Below are positions 1-12,633 of a stretch of DNA of 64,000 nt, piece by piece. How positions within the stretch are numbered: position 1 is the first letter of the stretch; each line of letters begins with the position of its first letter. Under the pieces are notes generated by a model. The model ran no database searches. It saw only the letters and a program-made list of their open reading frames with translations, and had not been told where the DNA came from. Source of the DNA: Heptranchias perlo (lineage: Eukaryota); NCBI RefSeq assembly GCF_035084215.1, contig NC_090351.1:33852001-33916000 (forward strand). Direction: 5' to 3'. A program made the position numbers and the translations under genes.

Positions 1-74
1 GGGAAAGCTGGATGAACAATGAATATTTGATCAGGACACAAAATTCCATCAAGGTAGATGCAATCAGGAAATCT

Positions 75-122
75 TCATCTTGCCACGTTGGCCGACCTGT
101 GGTGATCTGATTCGTTGAGTAG
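75..122 (-). CDS. Gene A terminal exon, short cytoplasmic tail LLNESDHHRSANVAR*
   Basis: acceptor ttttcactttcag, phase 0, TGA at 75-77; conserved in genes B and C. Confidence 0.7.
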   Translation of the reverse strand, partial: LLNESDHHRSANVAR

Positions 123-3100
123 CTGAAAGTGAAAATATTTAATGCATCAGATTCATTGATATTGAGAAGTGTGCGTTATTTTACATGTCAGTTCTGAACA
201 GAATTCTATCTGAAACTGTTAACAAGTTGAGGAAAGGCCTGCGATAGACTGGAGCTGTGTTGAGATCACACTCCTCCCTCCCCCATCACCATTGCACGTG
301 TGCTGGGAAAAGGTGTCAGTTGTGCCCCTTTTGCTGGAACACCATTTTCTCACATTCAACATGGGTTTTTCTGCAACCGTGACGGTGGACAGTTGACATC
401 AGAAAACGGTTGACTTTATTAAATATATTTTAGATAGTCCAGTTGAGGTTCCCAGCAACAATAGAATTAGGTCTGTGTCTGAGCACCCTGGTGCTCGACT
501 GGATAAACAAATCAGAATGGAATCTTTTCTTGACTGTATTAGTACAGCTTGGCTCAGTGGTAGCACTCTCATTTCAGATGTCAAAAGGTTGTGGGTTCAA
601 GTCCCAGTCCAGGGACTTCAGCACATAATCTAGGCTGGCACTTCAGCACTGTGCTGAGGGAGTGCTCTATTGTCAGATGAAACGTTAATGGAGGGCCCCA
701 TCTGTTTGTTCAGGTGGACAGAAAAGATTCCATGACACTATTTGAAGAAGAGCAAAGGAGTTCTCCCAATATTCTGGCCAAAACAGATTAACCGGTCATT
801 TATCTCATCTGCTGTGTTTGGGACCTTTCTGTGTGCAAATTGTCTGCCACTTTTGTCTCCATAACAACAGTAACACTTCAAAAGTAACTCATTGGATGTA
901 AAGAGATTGGGACATCTTGAAGATATAAAAGAGTCTATATAAACGCAGGTTCTTTCTTTATTATATCTGTGACAAATATTTTTGAAAGAATTTTTGGAGT
1001 GTTTCATACAAAGTCCTTAATCCTTACCTTAGTTTTTCTCGTACACGTTGTGACCGAAACAGTACAAATCACCAGGAGAGCAAAGAGCACCCAGCGTAGC
1101 ACACTCCACACAATGTAACTGAGCAAAAGGGGAGAAATACAAAATCATTCACAAGAAACGGGATTGCTTTGTGTCTGAAACATTTATCTCCTGTTTACAC
1201 TGTAATCTTAGTATTTTGTATCAATGTAAAGCCGCAGAACCAAGGGACTTTAGCTGGGAAACTAAACTGTTGTTTGACTTATGGAGGAAAGTCAACTTTG
1301 TGATCATTAGATAAAGGCCAAATGAAGCAAAGTTCATTAACATGTCCACAATGTGCAGCTATAAAGGCACGGCACAATTTTATAATTGAGGACTTTATAA
1401 AAGTGACTGACCATCTGCCTGGGGCCATGTAACAGTGGTAATATGTCTCCTCAGGGATGATCACAATAACATCAACCTGCAACTGCTCATCTGCACCTTC
1501 TTTCAGGCAATTGCTGAGCAGCTGGAAACAGGCAGCCTTCCCGTTCTCTCAGTTTGGAAACAGTGTATAACATGGGCAAACTGAGAAGGTGAAAATGACG
1601 GAGAATGCAAATGCCACTCCAGAATAGTGGAAGGCAAACCAGCATTGCTGGGGTTTGGCAAGTACAACTCATCTCACGCCATGAGATTAGGTTAGCGGTA
1701 AAGTAATGAAGGTGAATAATGCAAACAGCACCACCTGAGGGGTGGCAAAATGGAGGTGCTTACTTCTTATTCTGATTCTCCACCAACAAAAATAGCACCT
1801 TTGTTCGGAAGCCAACACAACAGCATGATGTAAATCCAGCCACCATTTCCATTATGGTGAGTTATAGCCTGGATGAGTAAATGTTTGTGAACCCTTGTGC
1901 CAAATTTCTTAAAGAACATTTATTCTCTCAGATGGAAACAGTGCCAATCAAAACACCAGCAATGAGAACATTGTACCTTTTGCTGGCAGATGTGGAACCT
2001 GAAGATGTGGTTCGATTTTCAGTGGAATTGATATTTTTACTTGTGGAACATGGAGTTGTTGGTGACACTTTTGAATAAACTTCACATTCATATACAAGTC
2101 CTATTGAGGCAAGGGAATAAAGTTTAGATTCACCTGATTTTCACTTGTGGTCAACCTAGAGAACACTATTGTTAAAAGGAACCTCAGTACTTGAGTAAAA
2201 TCCTGGTTGGTATATTGGATTTGGATGCTTTCATTTCTGTGTAATTTCCCCTCTCTGATAGCAAGGAGAGATGCTGCTAACACCTGGCAGCGGCCCATTT
2301 TTAGTGATATTTCAGTTATTTCCCCATATCCGAGTGTTTGCATTACAGAATTACTATTGGGACAGTTAAAGATCTCGGGTTGGTGGGTCTACAAACCAGA
2401 TATTCCCTTTTTTGCCCCACGCAAACGTAAAGGAAAGTTAGAGCCAGGGAATGATCTCTGCCACCACCGGAAAGTGTATTCCTGGGCGCCTAGCAACCGC
2501 GATGCTGCCCTGGAGCGATGTCCTCAGTGGAATAGGAACATCAGCAGTGCATTGAGCTCATCGGGAAATATTAGACCAATAATTACTGTTGTCGATATTA
2601 GTAGACAAGCAGTTAAAATTCGTAAGGCATTCCTCGTTTAAAAGAATGTTTCATTCAGAACAGCAGATAAAGGAATGTCACACGCACACATTAAACAGTC
2701 GCCTGCTAATACTGACAACGGTCAATTCTAGCCTTTTGGGGTCAGTTTCCTGAGCTTGCCAAGTGATGGGAAACCTCAGCCACCGGGAGTGGATATCGCA
2801 TATCAGGGACAGGCTCGCAAACAGATGCAATAGACATTAGTTTTAAAAATTCAGTTCCCATATTGTTTGTTTAAAGTAACACTTACCAATGCTGCTGATT
2901 CGAGCCACATAACTGCAGTTTTTCTCTGATCTGTTCCAGACTGACACATCAACCATTTCACTGGATTTTCCTCCATTATTATTTGAGGCTCTGCAGTAAT
3001 ATTGATGATGAACTTGGGTGAAGGAAGAACATTGTAGATCCAGTTTATCAGATTCAGAGATCGTTAAATCTTTAGACGTGGCCTTTTTATACCATGTGTA

Positions 3101-6100
3101 CTGAATGGGAAGGGACCCTTGGACAGACTCACAGGAGACTGACACTGAGCCCCCAAAACATGAGGCACTTGATGGTGATAAAAATCGAAGTACAGGAACA
3201 GACACAGATTCTGTGGGAAAGAAACAAACATTCAGACACTGACTGACTCTGCTTCTTGCACTGGATCCAAACTATCCCTGATCTTTAATGGGATGAGAGA
3301 GATTAAATAGCCTTCAAAAGCACCTGAAAGAAGAGGAACAATTGTGCAAGTTTTTGCTTTTTTTGAAAAACAGCAGCATAATTGATCCAGATGGAAATAA
3401 TCTTCTCATCATTTTTGCTTTGATGAAACCCATCATGAATTTGCCAGGTTGGAGCAGTCTATGGGGTAGAAATTGGGATGTGTTTTGTTCCAATTCCGGG
3501 CGTAAAATGGTGCAACGTATACCAATTGCTGGGCGTGAAGTCCTGTGCCCGATTTGCATTGGGGCATGCCCACTGCCCTATTGGTCGACTCTGTTTTTAG
3601 GCGTCCCTAGTGGTCGCCTGAAAGCAGCGTTGCATTAATTTAAATATGCAAATAAGGGTCCTGGGCATGTTTTAGGAACCTTCTGCAAAATTTTTGAGAA
3701 ACTAGGCAGAGCATACACCGTGAATGTTCTGACGAGCTTACCCAGCTCTACAGTGGCCTAACCAGAGTTCCTTAAAGAGACCCGTGGAGATCACTGAAGA
3801 ATCGCGACTGCGCTCGGTCCCCCAGCGTTTTCCACCGGTGTCCAAGCAGGACTTTCCTGAGGGCCGCTGGTGAATAGACAGCAGGCTCAAATTTGATCCC
3901 CAATGTTGGAAGTAGCCAGCAGCTCGCCTCTATTATCAAAATGAGGCCAATTTCAGATGAGCCTCAGGCCTCTGGCTTCTTGGGGCGCGCTTTCAGCCTG
4001 TCGCTTATTTTGGGTCCAGAAATGAGCCCAAAAGAATTTCCAACCCTATTGTTTTCAGGTGGGGGTTTGGTCGAATGTTGAATGCATTTCCAGGAATGGC
4101 CTGACCCAGGTCCAGTTTGTACCAGAACTCCCTCATATGGGAATTCTGCAACCAACATCGAAAAATCAAATGCTTTCCAATGTTCATTTTACTTCTGAGA
4201 CAAAACCAGAATAAGCTTTCCTGTAACTCAGCCAGGCCCTGCCATTTTGGAACCTCACCAGCACATCTACATCTCCATGTCTCTCCATCCTGCGAGCAGC
4301 CTGAACTACCATGTCTAATATCAGAACATAGCAGGGCTCCAGATCAGGAGAGCAGTAATGATACTGGGGATGTGTCAATTTGAAAATCAGGGCTAACAAT
4401 TTCTCTCAGTGGTAGGTTACCAGCCTCCAATGCTGTTTAATTGTTTGACACTCGAACATGAGCTAGTTGGAGAAAGTCCGAGAAACCACAGCAGAATATG
4501 AGTGCAAAAAACTGGAGATTTCTACACATGTTCTGTGGCTTTAGACAGGGAGAGTAATTATGATTGGTTTCAGCGAACTGCAGCTGAAAAGCAACCCTTT
4601 ATCTCAGTTTTATTGGAGCAGCCAAAGCACAAAGGTGACCAGCTTGACACTTTCAATGAGAATTGTCAGGTCTTCAGTGCTGTTGCGGCCACACCCTGTT
4701 CTCAGAAACTGATTAGGACAAAATTTGCTTTGTGACTGGACAGTCTCTCTTTGAAATGTTACTGCTTGCCGACCTGTCCCTCAGCACTTCCCGACTCACC
4801 CACCCAGATCCATTGAAAAATCAATAGGAGGTGTAGAGGATGTAGAAGATTGTATTTAGTATTTGATCCTTCAGGAGGTTTGCTTAGGAGGAAGATAATG
4901 GGCCATAATTTGCTGTGGCAGAGCATCCAACGGTGTTTGCCGTTGGTTAGACTTGCCCTTGCTCGTTTAGGTTTCAAATTGTTTGCGGGTAAGTTACTGA
5001 AAGTGCGAGTTGATAACATCGCAGCGAGGGAAACAGGGCATCTGGGACCTGAGTGGACAGAGCAAGAAACCATGTATCTCCTTCACCAGTCAGATTCAAG
5101 GATTTTGAAATAATCAATGCAAGGATTGAGAAGGAAGTGTAAATGACAATGGATTGAATGTCCAATCAGGTACAGAAAGAGAAATAAAGAGAGGGAAAGA
5201 AGGATTGGATGAAGAGAGAAAGAAAAAGGAAATGTACATTTTTAAAATCTCCAACTACAATTAAAACCTGAAGGATTGAAACTCCACACTTGTAAGTTTT
5301 CAGTGCCAAAGAGGTTGCTTGGCAGTAAATAACACTTATCACGTTGTTAAAAGGGTACTCAGACTTGAAATGACTTGACTCAACTTACTGTGGAGAGTTT
5401 AATTTGTATCTACCGTGCAAATACAGCAACTTCATGCCGTTCAATGTATTTCAATGGTGCGGCAGACAGCAAGATGCCCTTTTTGTAAAGCTAAGGGCAG
5501 AACGGTGCAACTTGGACAGCAACTTTTGGATTTCTGTGTTAACCAGGCATCTGCCCCTCGCCTGAATTTGCTGCACCATTTGCGTGTAAATAATGGCGAT
5601 CGCCATTAGTCTCACCGCTATTTTGACAGCAAAATCTGGCCCAACGTGACAACATGAATAAAGAGGCTTCTTTTACCATCAAGAGAGTGATCTAGCTTTT
5701 CAATTTTAAGTTTAGCTCGCTTGTAAAGTTGAACTGTATTGTGCTGAACTAAGTATCTGGTTGATTCTGTATGCCTCCCATCATATCACGAAACCTACAA
5801 AAATCTGTTACGCTCATGTGGATTGATTCCATTTTTAGTGTTTTCTAGGTATTTATCCCATTAATGACTACTTGCTTCTTACTGCTTTTGTTATTGTCTT
5901 TCTATCAGTTTAGCCTGAATGTAAACATCTGACAGTGTGAAATTTGATACAGTTCAGAGACAGGAAGATGTGTTGAGCATCCATGTGAGGTCTGGTGTAA
6001 TACACTGCAGTTAAAGTAACTGTTGGTCCCATAATACGTGAAATTTTTGGTTGGATAGTTGGACAGGCCACGAATTGCGTGTGAGCAACACGAGTCGTGT

Positions 6101-8690
6101 TTCCAGACCTCTGCCCACTTCCTGGAAGACTCTGCACTGCTGCGGAGCCTCGGGAAATCAGTGCTGTATTTTTCTTCCCAGATGAAACATTGAACAGACG
6201 TTTTAGTCGTGTATAATAAAGTATATCACTGAGAAAAGTACCGTAAGATATTTGTAGCCATAAGTTAAACCTTGGATTGATGCCAGATCGTTCAATACCA
6301 CAGCTGTACCATCCGCTATCTCCCAAGCGAAGATCCTTCATAGTAACAACGAATATTCCTTCTCTCTTGTTATCTGTGATTGACATTCTTCCTCGCTGTC
6401 CATCTTGCTCACTTGTTTTTACTAAAATTGAACAATCAACAGTCCAGCCATGACACCAATATTTCACATATGACCGGTACGTATGTTTGTCATAGTGACA
6501 GTCTATTGTGATCGCTCTTCCCACAACTCCATTTACATTTTTTTTTGCCCACAATGCACCTGAAACTGAGGAGACAACACTTCAGAAATTGAACAGGAAG
6601 TAACTGCTAAATACAAACAGATACATTTTAATAAGAACTTCCACTGTGTACAGAAGAATCTCTCCACTACGTCCATTAATACAGTTGAATTCCTTGTAGT
6701 TTGTGATGAAAGAAAGAACATTAATTTCGTGCCTTATCACATCCTCACGATGTCCTAAAGCACTTCCCAGCCAGTGAATTACTTTTGAAGTGTAGTCACT
6801 ATCGTTAAACAAGAACAGCAACAACAGCTTGCATTTATATAGCACCTATAACATAGAAACACAAGCGAAGATATAATCAAAAGTAAATGGACATTGAGCT
6901 AAGTCAGGAGATATTAGGAGAGGTGTGTAACAGCTTGGTCAAAGAGGTGGGTTTTAAGGAGGGTCTTAAAGGAGGAGAGGTGGGGGATTTCATACAGGGA
7001 ATTTCACAATGTAGCGCCAATGAAGGCAAACCCATTCCCACTAATGGTGGGGCAAATGTAGGGATCGAAGCACAAAAGATCACAGTCAGCGGAAGGGAGA
7101 TCTCGTGAGGGAGTTGGTGAGTCGGGCTGAAGGAGGTTACTCAAATAGTGAGGGGCCATTTCATGAAGGAATTTAAACACAAGGATGAAAGTTTGAAGTT
7201 TTGAGAGACCGAAAGCCAATGTAGGTCAGCAAGGACAGGGGTGATAGATGAGCGGGACCTGATACGGGCAGCAGAATTTTGGATGCGTTGATGTTTATGG
7301 TGGGTGCAAGAGGGGAGGCAGGCCAGGAGAACATTGGAATAGTTCAATCTGGAGGCAACAAAGACATGGATGTGGGTTTCAGCAGCAGACGGGTGGAAGT
7401 AGGCAGACTTTGTAATGAACTTGATATCTGCAGGAAAAGTGCTCCAGATTGTCTGTAAGATCAATGAGCAAGACCTCGAGGGTATTAATCACAGGATTAT
7501 TCCCAGTGCCACATGGTAATCAGTATAAGAATAGTAAGATAAGAGAAGTAATTTTGTGACTGGAGAGATGGTTCAGAAGAAAAGGGTTCATATTCCTGGC
7601 ACCTTGGGACCAGGTGTGGAAGAGGAGCATCCTGTAGAGGACGGGAGGAGTTTACTTGAACAGCGCCAAGACCAATGGCCTTGCTGGGAGAGGAACTCAT
7701 GCTGTGGGCAAAGAGTTTACTCCCAAATGGCAGGAGGGTGGTTAAAAATAAGCTGAAGAGGCACGAGGAAGAGGACGGAGGGCTGAGGATATAGGATAGA
7801 TAAAAGAGGGAAATGGGGAGGGGAAAGAGAACAGATCAGAAAGAGGAAGGTTTGAAAAGAGGAAGATTGCCATAACAGAGGCGTGCTTCAGTTGAATGTT
7901 CAAAAAGTATTCTGCATAAAATTGGCAAGTTGAGGCACAAATATTTATGGGGAGGTTTGATATAATAGAATTAACAGACTCATGGCTTAGAGTCGGGTGA
8001 GACTGGGAGTTTAACATTGCTGGTTACAAAATAGATTAGTCCAAAATGGTGGCGGGGAGGCAGTATTAATCAGAAATTCCATTACAGCATTAAATCATAA
8101 AGATGATATGGGGCTGAATCTACTTGGTTAGAGTTAAAGAAGAAGAAGAAAACGGTTCCTTATTAGGAGAGTAATATCGACCAAACAGTGGGCGTCCTCT
8201 CCCAGTGAGGAACAGTTTCACTGACAGAGCTTCGTTAAACAATATTTCATCGGCTGTACTTTAAATAACGAAAACAGTTGCAAATTTGTGACATTTTCTA
8301 TTTGAGGGATTATTACCACTGCAGTCTTCAGTGTATATTGGACTTCAGACTACATTATAAAAGTCACTTTTTTACGGATTAAAACTGGTTGCCTTTGCAT
8401 TTTGATTGTTGCTTTTGCAGCTTTTAAAAAAATGAAATGGAACCTTTATTTTCCACTCACAATTAAGAATGCATTTTCGTCTGGCAAATAATACAGTGAA
8501 AAAGAGATACAAGACTATATGCAAATGTACTTCTGCTGAGTATTTTGTGCCTTTACATTTCTCCAAATATTTAAACATCTCTGCTGTTTAAACCATACAC
8601 GAGACTTAAACTAATACTGATTATCTGAATATCCAGCTCTGGCGGTCACTCACCGGGCAGGGAACAAATGAGAAGAATCAGAATCCGCAT
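75..8690 (-). CDS. Gene A: CD300/pIgR-like (MDIR-type) V-C2 activating immune receptor, 315 aa predicted
   Basis: Exons 8654-8690, 6242-6565, 2887-3210, 1977-2100, 1028-1118, 75-122. All introns are GT-AG with matching phases (1,1,1,2,0), giving 948 nt open to TGA. Encodes signal peptide, V, C2, stalk, Arg-containing TM and short tail. Confidence 0.88.
545..960 (+). mobile_element. tRNA-derived SINE (DeuSINE/SacSINE-like) in last intron of gene A
   Basis: A box TGGCTCAGTGG, B box GGTTCAAGTCC, L2-like tail ending aaacgcaggttctttcttt. Confidence 0.8.
1028..1118 (-). CDS. Gene A exon 5, transmembrane segment with Arg
   Basis: SYIVWSVLRWVLFALLVICTVSVTTCTRKTK; acceptor ttttgctcag, donor gtaagg; phase 2-0. 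Confidence 0.9.
1977..2100 (-). CDS. Gene A exon 4, Ser/Thr-rich stalk
   Basis: GLVYECEVYSKVSPTTPCSTSKNINSTENRTTSSGSTSASK; acceptor cctcaatag, donor gtacaa; phase 1-2. Confidence 0.85.
2887..3210 (-). CDS. Gene A exon 3, Ig C2-type domain (FcR/FCRL-like)
   Basis: VSVPVL..VSCESVQGSLPIQYTWY..YYCRASN..SSEMVDVS; acceptor tttcccacag, donor gtaagt; 324 nt. Confidence 0.92.
3463..4046. mobile_element. Harbinger-like MITE (copies ~18359-18942, ~33141-33723, ~39298-39880)
   Basis: imperfect TIRs GGGGTAGAAATT / AATTTCCAACCC with flanking 3-bp TAT repeat. Confidence 0.55.
4900..5642. mobile_element. Harbinger-like MITE (copies ~19795-20538, ~34562-35504, internally deleted ~40724-41047)
   Basis: TIRs GGGCCATAATTT / AAAATCTGGCCC; 3-bp AAT flank (best preserved in the 35.5-kb copy). 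Confidence 0.55.
6242..6565 (-). CDS. Gene A exon 2, Ig V domain of CD300/pIgR type
   Basis: ITIDCHY..KYWCHGWTVDC..DSGWYSCGI: canonical B/F Cys plus the extra C-C' Cys pair; acceptor ctcctcag, donor gtactt; 324 nt, phase 1-1. Confidence 0.93.
6810..7430 (-). mobile_element. L2 LINE 3' fragment in intron 1 (copies ~21615-22245, ~36450-37105, ~42210-42835)
   Basis: L2 C-terminal motifs HVFVASRLNYSNVLLA..IQNSAAR..ITPVLADLHWL; (TGT)n tail. Confidence 0.8.
8654..8690 (-). CDS. Gene A exon 1, signal peptide MRILILLICSLP
   Basis: ATG at 8690, hydrophobic codons, phase-1 donor GTGAGT; conserved at 23442-23478 and 44062-44098. Confidence 0.85.
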
Positions 8691-8719
8691 TGTTTTATTC
8701 ACAAAGAAGAGATCAGCAC

Positions 8720-8840
8720 TTGTCGTCAGTCACCCAGCTCTTCGTTCTCATATCTAAATAAATATCTTCATGATGCGAGGAATTTAAATGAGGAAGAAAG
8801 TAGCAGGAAGCCAGATCGTGAAACCGCAGGAAGCCAGGCG
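8720..8840 (-). promoter_or_regulatory. Putative proximal promoter of gene A (ETS sites, RUNX-ETS composite, TATA-like)
   Basis: GAGGAAG 8790, CAGGAAG 8804 and AACCGCAGGAAG 8822-8833, 100-145 nt upstream of the ATG; homologues at ~23510-23630 and ~44130-44250. Confidence 0.45.
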
Positions 8841-9217
8841 ATGAAATGTTACCCCTGAGAACTTGAAATATTGTCAGTTATATTTAACAAACAAAACTAA
8901 ACTAATTTTCATCAATGAATAGAAAATTGTGAAAACAGGAATGTGAAAATGTTAACAGGAATGGAGAATGGCGACCCAAGCAAAGTATTTATGCTGAATT
9001 GTGAGGTGACATCCAGAACACAAGTGAGAAAAAAACCTCAGACAAGTGTTGAGATTGGCAGGAAGATTCAATCCCCTCTCCTTCCCACAGTTTACTGTGT
9101 ATGGAAACTAGTTTCACAGATAAAACAGTTAATGCTGTGCTTATTAACAGCATGAAGAATGTCTGGCCACATAGTCGGAAATCCCGTAAAGTCACATGTT
9201 AAGTGTCAGAATCATAT

Positions 9218-9680
9218 CAACAACAACAACAACTTGCATTTTTATAGCACCTTCAACACAATAAAATGTTTCACGGTGCTTCACAGGAGCGATTGTCATG
9301 CAAAATTTGGCACCAAGACACATAAGTCGATATTAGGACATGTGACTAAAAGCTTGGTCAAAGAGGTAGGTTTTAAGGAGCATCTTAAAGGAGGAGAGAG
9401 AGATAGAGAGGGGGAGAGGTTTAGGGAGGGAATTCCAGAGCTTAGGGCCAATGCAGCTGAGGGTACGGCCAGCAATGGTGGAGCGATTAAAATGGGGGAT
9501 GCGCTAGAGTCAAGAATTGGAGGAGCGCAGAGATGGTGGTGGTGAGGTAGAGCTGGGTGTGATCAGCGTACATGTGGAATCTGACGATGTGTTTTCAGAT
9601 GATGTCACCGAGGGGCAGCATGTAGATGAGAAATAGGTGGGTCCAAGGATAGATCCTTGTGGGACTCCAGAGGTAACATC
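9218..9680 (-). mobile_element. L2 LINE fragment (copy ~24005-24470)
   Basis: [15 protein letters not shown] motif, L2 3' end with (AAC)n. Confidence 0.75.
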
Positions 9681-9845
9681 GGGCACACTACCCATGATTT
9701 CCTGTTTGTTAACGTTAATGGATGGTGACATGGACTCTGGGACATTTCCAGCCACCATGTTCTTTTACATGGGTGTCGGGTTGTGATACATTGTCCTAGT
9801 GTGCAGCACCACACAGTAATGCATACAGTTCCACATCCACTGTTC

Positions 9846-10723
9846 GGGGTGAATTTTAACCTCAGGAACGGGTGGTTTGGGCGTGGTTGGGAAGGTAACA
9901 ATTGTAAAAATGTAAAGCCTGACCCCAACCTGCCCACTTCCGGTTTTAACGGAGGCGGTTTGAGGGGTGGGCGACCAACCCGTTCTCAGGAGACGGGTCG
10001 GTCAGTGAAAGCTTTTAAGGAGGCTGCAGGCATCCATTTTGAAAGATTTTTTATTTTTAACTCCTGGGGGCCGGGATTACCGGGCCTTCTGCTTCAGGCC
10101 ACGTGAGCAGAGGCGAGAAGGCCTGGAGCAGCAGTGAAGTGCTTTTATTGCATTGCTTGTGGGCCAGGAGGAGCAGGACTGCTTCCCCCAGGCCCAACAA
10201 GCTCACCTGCCGCGATCGCACACATGCGGTCTCCGACACCTCCCACCCCGATCTACGACACCCCTACGATCTCCCACCTCCCCAACTATCTCTGACACCC
10301 CCATGAGTGCCTGTACTCCCCCCATGATTTCCAAACCCCAACATCCGACCACCCATGACTGAGCCCCTGATGAGCCTCCCAGTGATCACAGACTCTGATG
10401 AGTCTCCCCAAGGACCAACACCCCACCGATGACCGACCCTCTGATGACCCCGACCCCGAACCTTCTGATGACCCCCGATGACCGACCCTCCCCCACCATC
10501 TAAGACTTATCTGCTGAGATCTGCTCCCCTACTGTTCCCCTGTCCGACTGATAGCCAGCTTGTCAATCTGGCTGGACTGTCGGGCAGAAAACCGACAGAT
10601 AAAGAATGAAATACTTCCTTACGTCAAAATCATCAGGACATCCGGGAAACCCGGACTTCTGGGTTTCCGGTCAGGATTTCTGACCCCCCTCCCACTACCT
10701 GGCTCCCCGTTAAAATTTATCCC
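9846..10723. mobile_element. Harbinger-like MITE with internal CCGATGACC microrepeats (copy ~24633-25513)
   Basis: TIRs GGGGTGAATTTTAAC / GTTAAAATTTATCCC. Confidence 0.6.
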
Positions 10724-10829
10724 CTCATCTCCAAAAGATAAGATTCTTCCCCATTGGCAGGGAAAGTAAATTAAAAGCGATTGTATCCTTGAACATTTTT
10801 AAGTCGCTCTTTGGATACAAAGTGTCTTC

Positions 10830-12080
10830 GGGAGACTGGGATCAGCTGGGTGGCTGCTGTAGATTCCACTGAAGCTGGCACATGCTCCATTGATGGCTGA
10901 AATGAAGAAAAAGCTTCCCCGATGTTGCTGCAGATGAGAACTGTAAACTCAAGAGTCACAGTTGTCAGTTGATCCACATCCTCGGACCCTGACCATAGAG
11001 CCTGCATGTCGGTGTGATGTTCCTCAAACATCCTGCTATTCAGGAAAGTATCCATGAGTTCGGGCTCTCAGGACTCCAAAGGCAAAGGCAGCCTTCTCAT
11101 CGGCCTCCACATGGACGGTGGCACATTGTTACCTACTTCTCACACCTCCAGCCCGCTTGTGCTCTGTGAATCACCACACCCTCACAAAACACTATCTAAT
11201 TTTCCTCGGGTGAATGTACCTGAGCTGGTGCCTGGGATTTAAGAAGAAGGTGACAATGGTGATGAGTTGAAAGGTGTTGGGACAGAGGAACAAGGGCCAT
11301 AAGGTGTCTGCAGGAAATCATGGGTTGGCTTCATCACCATCCTGGTCTACTGGTGGGCCAAGGAGACAGAGAAAGCAGTGGACGCTTGTTGGCGTGTGAC
11401 ACATCATAGAGATGCCAGGGCAATGGTGTTATGTTGGCAATGTGCCCAGATCTCCACATCTCCCATGGCACGAGGAGAGTGATTCCCCATGAGTTCCATG
11501 GCCTCCTCCTCGTAGGACAAGTGTTCTAAAGTTAAGGATGGCACCCCCGCTGGGCATTGTGCACTGCTTTCTCCTGCAAGAGGATGGAATAAATTAGGGG
11601 AAGGCTAGCAGCTGAGAGATGTGTGCCAAGTGTCTGAACCAGTTTGTGGGAGTTAAGAAGCAAGTGGGAGTTAAGGGAGTTGGGCAGGAGGTCTCTGCAG
11701 GGACTCATGGGTGTGCTTGAGTCTGGCTTCATCTCCTTTCCGCCCCCTGCCATGGCAGAGTTGAAGTAAGAGCTGGAGCCTGTTAGTGTTGACAAAGGGT
11801 TTTTAGGATTGTGCATGCAAGTAATTCCCTTTCGGGGAGATGGGTCGCCATAATGTTAGATCCCAAGCTGGGAGCCCCTTAACCAGAGTGCATTGTGAAG
11901 GGTTAGTTGTGTTGCTGCTACTTTTAGATGGTGAAGAGTGTGCTGATGCCAGGGATGTAAAGGGAGTGTGGCCAGTGTATTACTTGCTGGCCCTGGTCAG
12001 GTCATTAAAGTTCTTTGGCTCTTGGGTGAGAGTTTTTAGTCACTGCGAGTGCCATTTCCCTTCGGCTGGCACAGGTGATA
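10830..12080 (-). mobile_element. Degenerate PIF/Harbinger Myb/SANT-gene remnant (copies ~25620-26870, partial ~45840-47340)
   Basis: minus-strand fragments NFNDLTRASK and cag|EKAVHNAQ..LSYEEEAMELMG, typical of Harbinger Myb/SANT ORFs; disrupted. Confidence 0.5.
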
Positions 12081-12084
12081 TTTC

Positions 12085-12312
12085 TGGCACAACTCCCCTG
12101 CTTTTCTTCAAATAATACCATGGGTCTCATATCCTCGGCAGACTGGACCATGGCTTAAAAACCAATCCGAGAGGCAGCACCTCTGACAGTGCAGCACTCG
12201 CTCAGTACAGCATTAAAGTGTCAGGCTACATTATGTGCTCAAATCTCTGGAGTGGAGCCTGAACTCACAACCTTCTGACTCAGAGGTGAGAGTGCTGCCA
12301 CTGAGCCAAGGC
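12085..12312 (-). mobile_element. tRNA-derived SINE 5' part (copy ~26875-27101)
   Basis: reverse complement of the SINE head (CTTGGCTCAGTGGCAGCACTCTC). Confidence 0.75.
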
Positions 12313-12409
12313 TGAAGCTCGTCTCTGGACCGAGATTGCCCTCAGACCCGGCCGTATTTCCAGCACTTGGTTATTTTACACAGGGGAGGTCGACTCATTG
12401 GTCACCATC

Positions 12410-12633
12410 TGTCAGGAAGCACATCTTCACACAAAGACTGGTGGAAATCTGGAACTCTCTCCCCCAAAACGCTGTTGAGGCTGGGGGTCAGTTGAAAATT
12501 TCAAAACTGAGATTGATGAATTTTTGTTAGGTTCGGGCATTAAGGGATATGGAACCAAGGTGGGTAAATGGAGTTAAGATCAGCCCATGATCTAATTGAA
12601 TGGCAGGGCAGGACGACTCCTGTTCCTATGTTC
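12410..12633 (+). mobile_element. CR1 LINE 3' end (copy ~27200-27423)
   Basis: RKHIFTQRLVEIWNSLP motif, tail tgttcctatgttcc. Confidence 0.8.

Noticed and set aside
548-610. tRNA-like A/B boxes
   Set aside because: Head of a repeated SINE; no complete cloverleaf
2207-2641. 144-161-aa plus-strand ORF repeated three times, and the other short repeated ORFs
   Set aside because: Intronic or repeat-derived with no domain features; recurrence reflects the segmental duplication
6242-6565. V exons as rearranging Ig/TCR/NAR V segments
   Set aside because: Each exon encodes a complete domain through the G strand and ends in a splice donor; no RSS heptamer/nonamer or FGxG J motif seen
10340-10490. Short CCGATGACC repeats as a CRISPR-like array
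   Set aside because: Eukaryotic context; irregular microrepeats inside a MITE without unique spacers
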